Source of the DNA: Gemmatimonadales bacterium
GTDB lineage: Bacteria; Gemmatimonadota; Gemmatimonadetes; Gemmatimonadales; GWC2-71-9
DNA: 56,152 nucleotides
Direction of reading: 5' to 3'
Assembly (NCBI GenBank): GCA_036265635.1
Contig: DATAOR010000019.1
Location: 1-56,152 of the forward strand
The notes below the pieces were generated by a model. The model had not been told where the DNA came from, searched no databases, and saw only the letters and a program-made list of their open reading frames with translations. This document shows, one piece after another, positions 9,855-19,756 of the stretch. How positions within the stretch are numbered: the stretch's first letter is position 1; the number at the start of each line of letters is the position of its first letter. The translations under genes were made by a program, and so were the position numbers.

Positions 9855-10952
9855 CTATTCGGCCAGCGTCAATAAATTAGACACTATGTCCGCGGCCGCC
9901 TGGGGGCGGCCCCGACCGAGGGCCCGACTCGCCATGGCCCGGCGGAAAGGCTCGTCCCGGAGGAGACGGTCCACCCGATCGGCCAGGGTGCCCCCGGTCA
10001 GCGCCGACTGGGCAAGGAGCGTCGTCGCTCCGGCCTCGGCCAGTACCCTGGCATTGTGGGTCTGGTGGTCGGCGGCTGCGGTCGGCAACGGCACCAGGAC
10101 GCTCGGGAGCCCCCACGCGCACAGCTCGGCCACGGTGATCATGCCGGCCCGCGAGACGACGACGTCCGCGACCGCGTAGCCGTCGGCCATCGGATCGAGG
10201 AAGTCCACCACCCGAACCGCCGGCGGCCGGTGGTACCGTTTGAATTCGCCGTAGGTACCTCGACCGGTCACCCAGATCAGGTCGGCGTCGGACGGTCCCC
10301 CCGCATCGAGCCATTCCGCCACCGCGCGATTGATCGCCAGCGCGCCCTGGCTGCCGCCGGTCACCAGCACCACCGGCCGGCGGCCCGAGAGCTCGAACTG
10401 CGCCAGCGCCCCCGCCCGGCGCGCCGGATCCGGCGGGACGATCGGGTTCCCGGTGTCCACCACCTTCGTGTGAGGGCCGAAGCGGAGCAGGCGGCGGGCC
10501 TCGGGCAAACCGAGATAGACGTGACGGACCCTCCGGCTCAGCAGGCGCGAGGCCAGTCCCGGGTAGGCATTCTGCTCCTGAATCGCAGTCGGAATTCCCC
10601 GCCGGGCCGCCCACCAGACCACGGGAGCGGAGGCGTAGCCGCCGGTACCAAGTACTGCCAGCGGTCGCTCGGCGGCGAACACCCGGGACACCTCGCGCAG
10701 CAATCGACCGGCGATCAGGGGCCAGCGCAGGTTTCGCCACCAGGTGCGGCGATAGATCGGCTCCGAAGGGAGCAGGTGGTACCGGAAGTCGCGGGTGGGC
10801 AGCAGCCGAGCCTCGACGCCGCGGACCGCTCCGATCAACACCGGCTCGACGTCGGTGGTGCGGCGGAGGGTGTCGGCGATGGCCAAGGCTGGCATGAGGT
10901 GCCCGCCCGTCCCGCCGCCGGCGATCAGGATCCGCCTGGGCCCGCCGGTCAC
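9855..10952 (-). CDS. murG: Lipid II synthase MurG (GT28)
   Basis: 365 aa with IAGGGTGGHLMPALA and a C-terminal GT-B region (SRAGMITVAEL). Confidence 0.93.
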   Translation of the reverse strand: MTGGPRRILIAGGGTGGHLMPALAIADTLRRTTDVEPVLIGAVRGVEARLLPTRDFRYHLLPSEPIYRRTWWRNLRWPLIAGRLLREVSRVFAAERPLAVLGTGGYASAPVVWWAARRGIPTAIQEQNAYPGLASRLLSRRVRHVYLGLPEARRLLRFGPHTKVVDTGNPIVPPDPARRAGALAQFELSGRRPVVLVTGGSQGALAINRAVAEWLDAGGPSDADLIWVTGRGTYGEFKRYHRPPAVRVVDFLDPMADGYAVADVVVSRAGMITVAELCAWGLPSVLVPLPTAAADHQTHNARVLAEAGATTLLAQSALTGGTLADRVDRLLRDEPFRRAMASRALGRGRPQAAADIVSNLLTLAE

Positions 10953-12133
10953 GTCAGGCCAGCCGCGGCCGACTCCTCGCGGCGGCGGGCCGGAGCACGC
11001 GGCTTGCCCCGAAGCCGGCCGATGTTGATCAGAATGCCAGTCCCCAGCAGCGAGATCACCTGACTCGACCGGCCGTAGGACATGAACGGCAGGGTGAGGC
11101 CGGTGGTCGGCATCAGTCCGAGCGACACGGCCATGTGCATGAAGGCGGTCAGCCCGATGGTGGCGGTGAGGCCCACCGCCAGGTACTGGCCGAACGGGTC
11201 AGCCGCGGTGCGGGCGATCCGAAACCCGAGCCAAACGAACAGGGCGAACAGGAGCACCACGACCAGGACGCCGACGAATCCCCACTCCTCGCCGATCGTG
11301 CTGAACAGGAAATCCGAGTAGGCATACGGTAAGTAGCCCAGCTTCTGCTGCCCCTGCCCGAAGCCGGTGCCGAACAGCCCGCCCGACCCGATGCCGACCA
11401 GCGACTGATAGATCTGGAAGCCGCCCCCGGTCGTGGCCTCGCCGGGATTCAGAAACGTCAGCACCCGGGCCAGGCGGTACTGAGCATCCCGGATCTGATG
11501 AAAGACCAGGATGATGGACACCCCGCCCAGCAGGATGAAGTGCCCGATCCGGGCGCCGGAGGTGAACAGCACCAAGCCGCCCAGCATGACCACCAGCGTG
11601 GCCATCGAGAGGTTCGGCTCGAGCAGAATCAGCAGGGAGACGGCGCCGAGCACCAGGATGAACGGCAGCACCCCCTTCCGGAACTCGCGGACCTGGACCC
11701 CCTTCTTGGAGGCCAGCATGGCGCACCAGATCACCACCGCCAGCCGGGCCAGCTCGGACGGCTGGAAGTTGAGCGGGCCGAGGTCGACCCAGCGGCGGGC
11801 GCCGTTCAGCGATGGCGCGATACCGTGAGTGAACGGCAGCAGCGGGATCGTCAGCAACGCCATCGTGACCAGCAGGAGCGGCCACGCCCATCTGCGCCAG
11901 CGATAGTAGTCCTGTCGCGACGCCCACAGCAGCAGCAGTCCGCCCAGGATCGCTCCGATCAGCTGGCGGACGGCGAAGCCGAAGCCGACGCTCTGCCCTT
12001 TGACCGTCACCAGGCTGGCGGCGCCGTAGGTGGCCGCCACCCCGAAGGCGAGCAGGACCAGCGTCACCGCGCCAAGCAGACGGGTCTCCCAGCGGAGCTC
12101 GCCCGGGTGGCGGACCGGCCGTGGTCCCGTCAC
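10949..12133 (-). CDS. ftsW: SEDS-family peptidoglycan polymerase FtsW
   Basis: 394 aa polytopic membrane protein with the SEDS motif SDFLFSTIGEEWGFVG. dcw position between murD and murG. Confidence 0.9.
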   Translation of the reverse strand: MTGPRPVRHPGELRWETRLLGAVTLVLLAFGVAATYGAASLVTVKGQSVGFGFAVRQLIGAILGGLLLLWASRQDYYRWRRWAWPLLLVTMALLTIPLLPFTHGIAPSLNGARRWVDLGPLNFQPSELARLAVVIWCAMLASKKGVQVREFRKGVLPFILVLGAVSLLILLEPNLSMATLVVMLGGLVLFTSGARIGHFILLGGVSIILVFHQIRDAQYRLARVLTFLNPGEATTGGGFQIYQSLVGIGSGGLFGTGFGQGQQKLGYLPYAYSDFLFSTIGEEWGFVGVLVVVLLFALFVWLGFRIARTAADPFGQYLAVGLTATIGLTAFMHMAVSLGLMPTTGLTLPFMSYGRSSQVISLLGTGILINIGRLRGKPRAPARRREESAAAGLT

Positions 12134-13491
12134 ATCGCTTCGACGGCCGCCCGGAAGCGGGCGCCGCGCTCCTCGTAGTTCTTGAACATGTCGTAACTCG
12201 AGCAGGCCGGGGACAGCAGGACCGCATCACCCGGGCGGGCCAGTTCGCGGGCCGTGCGGAGGACGTCCGCAAAGTCGCCGGCGGAAACCACCGGGACCCC
12301 GTTGGCCAGGTCGGCCACCACGATGGCGGCTGCCTCGCCATAAGCCACCACCCCCCGGCAGCGCTCCCCGAGCAGGGGGACCAGCCGGGTATACGGCTCG
12401 CCCTTGTGGCGGCCACCGAGCAGCAGCACGAACGGGCGGTCGAGCGCGGCGATGGCGACCTCGGTCGACGTGATGTTGGTGGATTTGGAGTCGTTGATCC
12501 ACAGCACACCGTCCACCTCCCGGATCGGCTCGACCCGGTGAGGAATGGCCCGGAACGCCCTGAGCCCGTCGGCCACCCCCGCCGCACCGGCTCCCGCTGC
12601 GGTGGCGGCCAGCGCGGCCGCCAGTGCATTGGCCACGTTGTGGTCGCCCAGCAGCGGCAACTCGCTCCGGGCAAGCAGCGGCTGGTCGCCCAGCATCAGC
12701 CGTTCGCCGGCCCGGTCATACCACCCGTCCGCCCGGCCCTGAAGCGAGAATCGGAGGTGCCGCCCGGCCACCGGAGCCACCATCTCCCGCACCGCGGGAT
12801 CGTCGGCGTTACTGACCCAGATCGATTCATGGCCGGCGTTCCGGAACAGCAGGGCCTTGTCGCCGTAGTACTCCTCCAGCGAGTGGTACCGGTCGAGGTG
12901 GTTGGGGGCCAGGTTGGTGAGCACCCCGACGGCCGGTCGGAGGTGCGGCGTATCGTGGAGCTGGAAGGAGCTCAGCTCGAGCGCCAGCCACTCGGGGGGC
13001 GACTCAGCCAGGGCCACCTCGCTCAGCGGGCGGCCGATGTTGCCCGCCGTCTCGGCCCGCAGGCCGGCCGCCACCATCGCCTGGGCGATGAGCGAGGTCG
13101 TGGTGGTCTTGCCGTTGGTGCCGGTGATCCCGATGCATCGGGTGCCGCGGAGGGCCAGAAATCCGATGTCGGTCTCGGCGTAGATCTCGAGGCCGGCCGC
13201 CCTCGCCGCTACCAGGGGCGGGACCTCGGGCGGCACGCCGGGCGCCACCACCACGGCGGCCGCCCGTCGGATCCGTTCGAGATCATGACCGCCCAGCTGC
13301 ACCTCGGCGCCGATGCCGCGGAGCTCGGTGGCCCACCGCTCGTAGGCGGGCCCGGTCCCGGTGTCTGAGGCATACACCGGCAACCCCTCATGCCGCAGCA
13401 GCCGCGTTGCGGCTACGCCGCTCTTGCCCAGGCCCACCACGGCCAGCTCGCGACCGGCGGCCCGCCATCCTTCGAACAGATCGGTCGCCAC
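12130..13491 (-). CDS. murD: UDP-N-acetylmuramoylalanine--D-glutamate ligase
   Basis: The track ORF (12130..14229) is over-extended into mraY. I trimmed it to the GTG at 13491, 3 nt after the mraY stop. The product starts VATDLFEGW...VVGLGKSGVAATRLL and contains ITGTNGKTTT. Confidence 0.9.
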   Translation of the reverse strand: MATDLFEGWRAAGRELAVVGLGKSGVAATRLLRHEGLPVYASDTGTGPAYERWATELRGIGAEVQLGGHDLERIRRAAAVVVAPGVPPEVPPLVAARAAGLEIYAETDIGFLALRGTRCIGITGTNGKTTTTSLIAQAMVAAGLRAETAGNIGRPLSEVALAESPPEWLALELSSFQLHDTPHLRPAVGVLTNLAPNHLDRYHSLEEYYGDKALLFRNAGHESIWVSNADDPAVREMVAPVAGRHLRFSLQGRADGWYDRAGERLMLGDQPLLARSELPLLGDHNVANALAAALAATAAGAGAAGVADGLRAFRAIPHRVEPIREVDGVLWINDSKSTNITSTEVAIAALDRPFVLLLGGRHKGEPYTRLVPLLGERCRGVVAYGEAAAIVVADLANGVPVVSAGDFADVLRTARELARPGDAVLLSPACSSYDMFKNYEERGARFRAAVEAM

Positions 13492-13493
13492 GA

Positions 13494-14621
13494 TCAGCGG
13501 ACCTTGAGCGTGGACAGCGCCACCAGGGCGCAGAGCAGGCCGAGGATGTAAAACCGGGTCACGACCGTGGTCTCGGCCCAGCCCAGCTTCTCGAAGTGGT
13601 GGTGCAGCGGGGCCATGCGGAACACCCGGTGACTGTCGGCGTACTCGCGCCCCCGGCTCCGCTTGAACCACTTGTAGACACTGGTCTGCAGGATGACGCT
13701 CACCGCCTCCGCCGCGAACACCCCGCCGATCAGCAGGAGCAGGAACTCGGCCTTGAGCAGGATGGCGACCGTGCCCAGCGCACCGCCGATGGCCAGGCTG
13801 CCGGTGTCTCCCATGAAGACCTGGGCCGGGTGGGCATTGAACCAGAGAAAGCCGATGGCGGCGCCCATCAGTGCTCCACAGAATACGGCCAGCTCGCCCG
13901 CGCCGGGAAGGTAGAACAGGTTCAGATACGAGGTGATGTCCACCCGGCCGAACAGGTAGGCGAAGGTGGCGAAGGCCGCGGCCGCGATGCCCGCCAGCCC
14001 GGTGGCCAGTCCGTCGAGCCCGTCGGTCAGGTTGACGGCGTTGCTGCTGCCGGTGATCACCAGCGTGACGAAGACCACGTAAAGCAGCGGGGCGAAGTGG
14101 ACCACCAGATACTTGAAGAACGGCAGGGTCGTGGCCGTGGCCGGAATGGTGGCGTCGGGCACGACCGGGAAGTAGACCAGAAACAGGCCCAGCAACAGCC
14201 CGAAGCTGACCTGCCCCACCAGCTTCCACTTGGCCACCAGCCCTCGTGACTTTCCCTGGACGATCTTCAGATAGTCGTCGAGGAAGCCGATGCAGCCCAT
14301 CCAGAGAATGGACAGCATCGCCACCACCACGAACCGGTTGGTGAGCGGCGCCCAGAGGAGCGTGGGCACCACGGTAGCGAGGATGATGATCAGCCCGCCC
14401 ATGGTGGGCGTTCCCCGCTTGCTCTGATGACTGGCCGGGCCTTCGGCCCGGATGATCTGGCCCACCTTGCGCGCGCGGAGCCGCGCGATGACCGGCGGGC
14501 CCACCAGGAAGGCGAGGAGGAGCGCCGTCACGGTGGCGCCGGCAGCGCGAAAGCTGATGTAGTTGAAGAGATTGAAGATGATGTACGTCTTACCGAGCGG
14601 CGCGAGCCAGTGATAGAACAT
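13494..14621 (-). CDS. mraY: Phospho-MurNAc-pentapeptide translocase
   Basis: 375 aa polytopic protein with NAVNLTDGLDGLA and the DDxxK motif region. Confidence 0.95.
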   Translation of the reverse strand: MFYHWLAPLGKTYIIFNLFNYISFRAAGATVTALLLAFLVGPPVIARLRARKVGQIIRAEGPASHQSKRGTPTMGGLIIILATVVPTLLWAPLTNRFVVVAMLSILWMGCIGFLDDYLKIVQGKSRGLVAKWKLVGQVSFGLLLGLFLVYFPVVPDATIPATATTLPFFKYLVVHFAPLLYVVFVTLVITGSSNAVNLTDGLDGLATGLAGIAAAAFATFAYLFGRVDITSYLNLFYLPGAGELAVFCGALMGAAIGFLWFNAHPAQVFMGDTGSLAIGGALGTVAILLKAEFLLLLIGGVFAAEAVSVILQTSVYKWFKRSRGREYADSHRVFRMAPLHHHFEKLGWAETTVVTRFYILGLLCALVALSTLKVR

Positions 14622-14627
14622 CGAGCC

Positions 14628-15983
14628 TCAGCGTGGAGGGGTCGCGCGGACCGTGAGCGCCGGAAGTATACGTTCGAGGGCTACCCCGCGGGATGCCTTG
14701 AGCACGATGACTTCCCCGCCCTCGAGCCGCGCGGCAACCAGCGGCCCGAGGGCGACCGGATCGGGCGCGGTGATCAGCCGGTCTCCCAGCCGCGTCGCGT
14801 GCGGCGCCAGCGCCGGGACGAACTCACCGACCGCGCCGAGCACGTCCGGGTCCAGCTCCACCAGTGCCTGGGCGATCTCGGCATGCAGGGCCGGCGCGGT
14901 GGCGCCCAGCTCGCGCATGGTGCCCGCCAGGAAGACCAGCCGGCGCCCGCGCCGAAGCGCCCGCGCGGTGGCGATGACCGCCCGGAAGCTCTGCGGATTG
15001 GCGTTGTAACTGTCGTTGAGGATGGTGAGCCCGTCGCGTTCGACCAGCTCGCCCCGGCCGCCGGGCAGGGCAAAGCGCTCCAGCGCGGCTGCTGCCTGGC
15101 GACGGTCGAGGTCGAGTGCCTCCACGACGGCCCAGACCCGGACCGCGTTGTCGGCCTGGTGCAGCCCGCGGGCGGCGAGGGTGAAGCGGACATCGCCGAA
15201 CGTCAGCACCGGCCTGGCATCGCCGTCGAGCTCGACGCGATCCGGTGTCAGCTCGGCGCCCTCGAGGCCGGCGGTCCGGACCGCCTGCGCCAGCGCCCGG
15301 GCCCCGGTGACGAGGTCCGCCGGCTGAGTCCCCACGATGGCGAGCGGCACCCCTGCCGTGAGCGACAGCTTCTCCGCCACCACGCCCGCCAGTGAGCCGA
15401 ACCCTTCCAGGTGGCCTTCGACCGCGTTGGTGACGATCACCAGGCTCGGCTCGATGATCTCGCGGTAGCGGGCGATCTCGCCGGGCAGGTTGGCACCCGC
15501 CTCGACCACCAGCGCCTCGGTTTCGGCGGGCGCTTCGAGGATGGTGGTCGGTACTCCCACCAGGTTGTTCAGATTGGCTCGGGTCGCGTGCACCCTGAAG
15601 CGGGTCGCCAGCACCGCGGCGAGCATTTCCTTGGTGCTGGTCTTGCCGTTGGTCCCGGTCACCGCCACCACCGGGCCGGTGAGCGCGCGCCGCCGGGTCT
15701 GCGCCAGCCGTCCGAGCGCCCGCAACGTGTCCTCGACCGGAAAGGCAAGCAGCCCGGGCGGCACTCGGGCGCCGGCCCGCACGACCGCGCCCGTAGCCCC
15801 GGCCGCTGCGGCCGCCTCGAGATAGTCGTGACCATCGAACCGGTCGCCCTTCAGGGCCACGAACAGCGTGCCGGGCTCGAGGGCACGGCTGTCGGTCACC
15901 ACGCGAACGAACTGGGTCGCGTCGCCCGGGCCCCCGGGGAGTCCGAGCGCCTCCCGCACACGCGCCGCGCTCCAGAAGGTCAT
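14628..15983 (-). CDS. murF: UDP-MurNAc-tripeptide--D-Ala-D-Ala ligase
   Basis: The track ORF is over-extended. I trimmed it to the ATG at 15983, which forms an ATGA overlap with the murE stop. The product starts MTFWSAARVREALG...VTDSRALEPGTLFVALKGDRFDGH and contains VTGTNGKTSTKEM. Confidence 0.9.
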   Translation of the reverse strand: MTFWSAARVREALGLPGGPGDATQFVRVVTDSRALEPGTLFVALKGDRFDGHDYLEAAAAAGATGAVVRAGARVPPGLLAFPVEDTLRALGRLAQTRRRALTGPVVAVTGTNGKTSTKEMLAAVLATRFRVHATRANLNNLVGVPTTILEAPAETEALVVEAGANLPGEIARYREIIEPSLVIVTNAVEGHLEGFGSLAGVVAEKLSLTAGVPLAIVGTQPADLVTGARALAQAVRTAGLEGAELTPDRVELDGDARPVLTFGDVRFTLAARGLHQADNAVRVWAVVEALDLDRRQAAAALERFALPGGRGELVERDGLTILNDSYNANPQSFRAVIATARALRRGRRLVFLAGTMRELGATAPALHAEIAQALVELDPDVLGAVGEFVPALAPHATRLGDRLITAPDPVALGPLVAARLEGGEVIVLKASRGVALERILPALTVRATPPR

Positions 15984-17440
15984 GCCGGTTCGCCCGTCGC
16001 GGCCCGGACGATCTCGCGCTCGTCGAACGGCACCTTTTCGGTGCCGAGGACCTGGTAGGTCTCGTGTCCCTTCCCCGCCAAGAGAATGGTGTCGCCGGGC
16101 CGGCCTTCGGCCAGGGCCAGGTGAATCGCCTCCAGCCGGTCCACCATTCGCCGGTGCGGCACGGCGTCCATGCCGCGCTCGATGTCGTCGATGATGGCCC
16201 CGGGATCCTCGGTCCGTGGATTGTCGGACGTCGCGATCGCCAGGTCCGATCCCAGCGCGGCGATCCGGCCCATGAGGGGCCGCTTGCCCTTGTCGCGATC
16301 GCCGCCGCAGCCGAACACCACGATGAGCCGCCCACCGGTCAGCGGCCGGAGGGTGGCCAGGGCCCGCTCCAAGGCGTCGGGGGTGTGGGCGTAGTCCCGT
16401 AGCACGGTGCACGGCCGGGTAGCGATGCGCTCCATCCGGCCGGGCACCTGGGGCGAGACGGCCAGCCGCTGGACCACCTCGGCCAGCGGGCGACCCAGCC
16501 CGACGGCGCACGCGGCGGCGGCGAGCGCGTTGCTGACATTGAAGTCACCCAGGAGCGGGAGCGAGGCCTCCACCGTGCCGAAGCGCCCCTCCAGGCGGAA
16601 CCGGCTCCCGCCGGCGTCGAGGAAGAGCCCGGTCGCCCGCAGGTCGGCGGCCGGATGCAGCCCGAAGGTGACCCGGGGCGACCGGATCGGCAGGGCCGAC
16701 CAGGCCTCGTCGTCCAGGTTGACGACCTCCACGCCGTGCGGGCTGAGCAACGCGCTCAGCTTGAGCTTCGAGGCCAGATACGCCTCCATGGTGCCGTGAT
16801 AGTCGAGGTGATCGCGGGTCAGGTTGGTGTAGACCGCCGCCGCAAAGCTCAGCCCGTCGAGCCGCCCCTGGTCGAGGCTGTGGGACGACGCTTCCATCGC
16901 CACGTAACGGGAGCCACGGGTCACCAGCTCGGCCAGCGTCGCCTGAAGGTCGATCGGCCCGGGCGTCGTCAGCGACCCCGCCGTCGACGAGACCGCCCCG
17001 TCCCGGCCATCGAAGGCGCCCAGCGTCCCGATGCTGCCGGCCTGCGCCTCCTGGTTGAACAGGTGGCGGATCAGGCCGGTCGTGGTCGTCTTCCCGTTGG
17101 TCCCGGTAATGCCCACCAGGGTGAGCCGGCGGCCTGGATAGCCATGCCAGGCCTGGCCCAGCGCGAGTGCCGCCCGGCGGCCGTCCCGCACCACGATCTC
17201 GGGCAAGCCGCCCGCTTGCGGACTCTCGACTACGGCGGCGGCGGCACCGCGGCGGCCGGCGTCGCCCACGAACCGATGCCCGTCCAGCTGCGACCCCCGT
17301 ACCGCGACGTACAGCCAGCCCGGCGCCACCGTGCGGCTGTCCATGCCGATCCCTTCGAGCGCGGGACCATCGGGAGGAGCGGACAGCAGCAGGTCGTGGC
17401 GACGGAGCTCGTCGAGCACTTCGCGCCAGCTCAAGGGCAT
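15980..17440 (-). CDS. murE: UDP-MurNAc-L-Ala-D-Glu--2,6-diaminopimelate ligase
   Basis: Trimmed to the ATG at 17440 (MPLSWREVLDEL...). It contains GITGTNGKTTTTGL and a DNPR-type motif (TSDNPRTEDP) consistent with meso-DAP specificity. Confidence 0.9.
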   Translation of the reverse strand: MPLSWREVLDELRRHDLLLSAPPDGPALEGIGMDSRTVAPGWLYVAVRGSQLDGHRFVGDAGRRGAAAAVVESPQAGGLPEIVVRDGRRAALALGQAWHGYPGRRLTLVGITGTNGKTTTTGLIRHLFNQEAQAGSIGTLGAFDGRDGAVSSTAGSLTTPGPIDLQATLAELVTRGSRYVAMEASSHSLDQGRLDGLSFAAAVYTNLTRDHLDYHGTMEAYLASKLKLSALLSPHGVEVVNLDDEAWSALPIRSPRVTFGLHPAADLRATGLFLDAGGSRFRLEGRFGTVEASLPLLGDFNVSNALAAAACAVGLGRPLAEVVQRLAVSPQVPGRMERIATRPCTVLRDYAHTPDALERALATLRPLTGGRLIVVFGCGGDRDKGKRPLMGRIAALGSDLAIATSDNPRTEDPGAIIDDIERGMDAVPHRRMVDRLEAIHLALAEGRPGDTILLAGKGHETYQVLGTEKVPFDEREIVRAATGEPA

Positions 17441-17474
17441 CGGGTGGAATCTCCCGGGGTGGGGGCGGCGCCGG

Positions 17475-19451
17475 TCACTGGGCGATGACCACGACCGACG
17501 ATCCCGGAGCCGCGTCCTGTCCGGCGGCCGGCTGGGTACTGATGACCCGGCCGAGCCCGCGGAGGTCGACCCGAAACCCCCGGCGATGGAGTGCCAGCGC
17601 GGCTTCCCGGATCGATCGGCCGGCGACGTCCGGCACCGGTCTCGGCGTGGAATCCGGCTTGGCCGGGCGGTAGGGGAGCGAGACGACCACGGGCACCAGC
17701 GCCGGAGCAGGCGTTTCCGCTGCCGGCTCTTCGGCGCGGATGGAGGCCGGCGCCGCGGTATCCCGGGATGCCAGCCGGCCACGGTCGATGGCCACCCGGT
17801 GGGAGGCCAGCGCCTGCTCCAGCATGGTGCGGGTCACCGGCGCCGCCGTGAGGCCGCCGTAGTACTGGCCGCGAGGGTTGTCGATCCTCACGATCACCAC
17901 CAGCTGCGGGTGGTCGGCCGGAAAGATGGCGGCGAACGAGGCGTTGAACTGGCTGTGGTCGTAGCGTCCGTTGACCAGCTTGACCGCCGTGCCGGTCTTG
18001 CCCAGGACCGCATAGTTGGTGAGCTGCGCCTGCTCCCCGGTCCCGCCTTCGCCGGCCGCCTCGCGGAGAAACTCGCGCAGCTGCGCCGCCACCGCCGGGG
18101 TCACGACCCGGCGGACCGGCTCGGGCCGATGCTGGTAAAGGATGCGGCCCGCCGGATCGCGAATCTGGCGGACCAGCGTCGGGGCCATCAGGACGCCTCC
18201 GGTGGCGATGGCCCCGTAGGCGGCGGCCAGCTGGACCGGGGTGACCGAGAACTCGTATCCCATCGCAACGCTGGCCCGGGTGTAGTTCGGCTGCCACCGG
18301 TCCGGCATGGCCAGAATCCCCCGCGACTCGCCAGGAAACTCCGCCCCGGTCGGCGTACCGAACCCGAAATCGCGAAGCGTCTCGAACTGCTCTTCCGGCC
18401 TGAGCCGGAGCGAGAACTTGGCCATGGCCACGTTGCTCGAGACCTGGATGGCGCGCGCCAGCGTCACCGGTCCCGCCACCCGGTGGGCATCGGTGACCAG
18501 CCGGGTCCGGCCCTTGGTGGTGACGGGCATCAGCCAGTGGCCGTTCTCGCCGGAAACCGCGTCGCTGGGGCGGACCCGGTCCCTCATCAACAGCGCGGCG
18601 GCAGTGAACAGCTTGGCGGTCGAGCCCGGCTCGAACGGGTCGGTGAAGGTCGAGGCGCTCGGCGCGCCTCCCGTGGTGGCCTTGCGGGAGGCGAGCGCCA
18701 GCAGCTCCCCCGTGTTGGGCTCGAGGAACACCACGTCCCCGCCCTCGGCGCGCATCTGGGCGATGGCATCGTCCAGCCCTCGCTCGGCGATCTCCTGCAG
18801 CTCGGAATCGAGCGTGAGGGTCACATCGTTTCCCGGCACCGGGTCGCGGGTCCGCCGGTTGGGCGAGTCGTAGCGCCGGCCCTGAAGGTCCTTGAGGAGG
18901 ACCGCCTCACCGGGCCGGCCGGTGAGCAGCGAATCGAGCGACGCTTCCAGCCCGGCCCCACCGAAGGGCCGGTCGGGCGACAGTGACCCGATGATGGGCC
19001 GGGCCAGCTCACGCGACGGGTAGAAGCGCTGGAAGTCACCCTCGAGGTGAATTCCCCTCACCGTGCGGAGGGCCTGCACCTGCGTGGCGTTGAACGGGCC
19101 GTGGAGATAGATCCAGCGCTTCCTCGCCTGGAATTCGCGGTCGAGCGCCGCGGCCGGGACCCCCAGGTTGCGGACCAGCAGCAGGAAGGCCGAGCGGATA
19201 TCCTCCAGCTCGTTGGGAGCGACCCCGACGTGATAGAACTCCTGGGTGATGGCCAGCGGCACGCCGTTGCGGTCGTACAGCGCGCCGCGCCGCGCCGGCA
19301 GCACCACGCGCTCGGTCCGCTGCCGCGAGGCTTCCCGCTGCCACCGTTCGGTGTCGACCACCTGCAGCTGGGCCGCCCGGGTCAGCACCGCGAGGATGCC
19401 GAGACCGAAGGCGAATTCGATCGCGACGATCCGCGCCGAGGGTTTGGCCAT
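17475..19451 (-). CDS. ftsI: Class B penicillin-binding protein FtsI/PBP3 with C-terminal PASTA-like domain
   Basis: 658 aa with an N-terminal TM. Transpeptidase motifs are STAK (PGSTAKLF), SSN (QVSSNVAM) and KTG (GKTGTA). The last approx. 53 aa (VPDVAGRSIREAALALHRRGFRVDLRG...VVVIAQ) look like a PASTA repeat. Confidence 0.9.
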   Translation of the reverse strand: MAKPSARIVAIEFAFGLGILAVLTRAAQLQVVDTERWQREASRQRTERVVLPARRGALYDRNGVPLAITQEFYHVGVAPNELEDIRSAFLLLVRNLGVPAAALDREFQARKRWIYLHGPFNATQVQALRTVRGIHLEGDFQRFYPSRELARPIIGSLSPDRPFGGAGLEASLDSLLTGRPGEAVLLKDLQGRRYDSPNRRTRDPVPGNDVTLTLDSELQEIAERGLDDAIAQMRAEGGDVVFLEPNTGELLALASRKATTGGAPSASTFTDPFEPGSTAKLFTAAALLMRDRVRPSDAVSGENGHWLMPVTTKGRTRLVTDAHRVAGPVTLARAIQVSSNVAMAKFSLRLRPEEQFETLRDFGFGTPTGAEFPGESRGILAMPDRWQPNYTRASVAMGYEFSVTPVQLAAAYGAIATGGVLMAPTLVRQIRDPAGRILYQHRPEPVRRVVTPAVAAQLREFLREAAGEGGTGEQAQLTNYAVLGKTGTAVKLVNGRYDHSQFNASFAAIFPADHPQLVVIVRIDNPRGQYYGGLTAAPVTRTMLEQALASHRVAIDRGRLASRDTAAPASIRAEEPAAETPAPALVPVVVSLPYRPAKPDSTPRPVPDVAGRSIREAALALHRRGFRVDLRGLGRVISTQPAAGQDAAPGSSVVVIAQ

Positions 19452-19756
19452 CAGGGCCGGTCGGTCGCCGGCGGGCCCGCCGGCGGCACCACGAAGAGGA
19501 CGAACTCCGAGTCGGCCGGCTCGTGCAGCCCGAGTGCCCGCTCAACGATCGGCACGAGCACCTGTCGGCTGGAGGCCACCCGGATCCGCCGCTCCAGCTC
19601 GCCTCGGCGCGCCTCCAGCGCCATCCGCTCCTCCCGCAGATCGTGCAGCCGGCCGGCGGCCCGAAAGCCGGCGGTCTGCCGCGTGGTGATGCCCACCAGC
19701 ACGCCAAGAAAGAGGACCAGCCACAGTATCAGCCAATGCCGTCCCTTAAGACGCAT
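19451..19756 (-). CDS. ftsL: Cell division protein FtsL-like
   Basis: 101 aa with a single TM (WLILWLVLFLGVLVGI) plus a coiled-coil segment. It sits between rsmH and ftsI and shares a TGATG junction with ftsI. Confidence 0.65.
   Translation of the reverse strand: MRLKGRHWLILWLVLFLGVLVGITTRQTAGFRAAGRLHDLREERMALEARRGELERRIRVASSRQVLVPIVERALGLHEPADSEFVLFVVPPAGPPATDRP

Noticed and set aside
12130-17782. Over-long minus-strand ORFs for murD (699 aa), murF (627 aa) and murE (600 aa)
   Set aside because: Their N-terminal parts are Arg/Gly/Pro-rich and overlap the preceding real gene in another frame. Conserved sequence begins at internal starts placed 0-4 nt from the upstream stop. The same trimming logic was applied to cheA, ileS, hpt, cdaA, lspA, the Roadblock gene, the PATAN-TPR gene and the terminal TPR gene.
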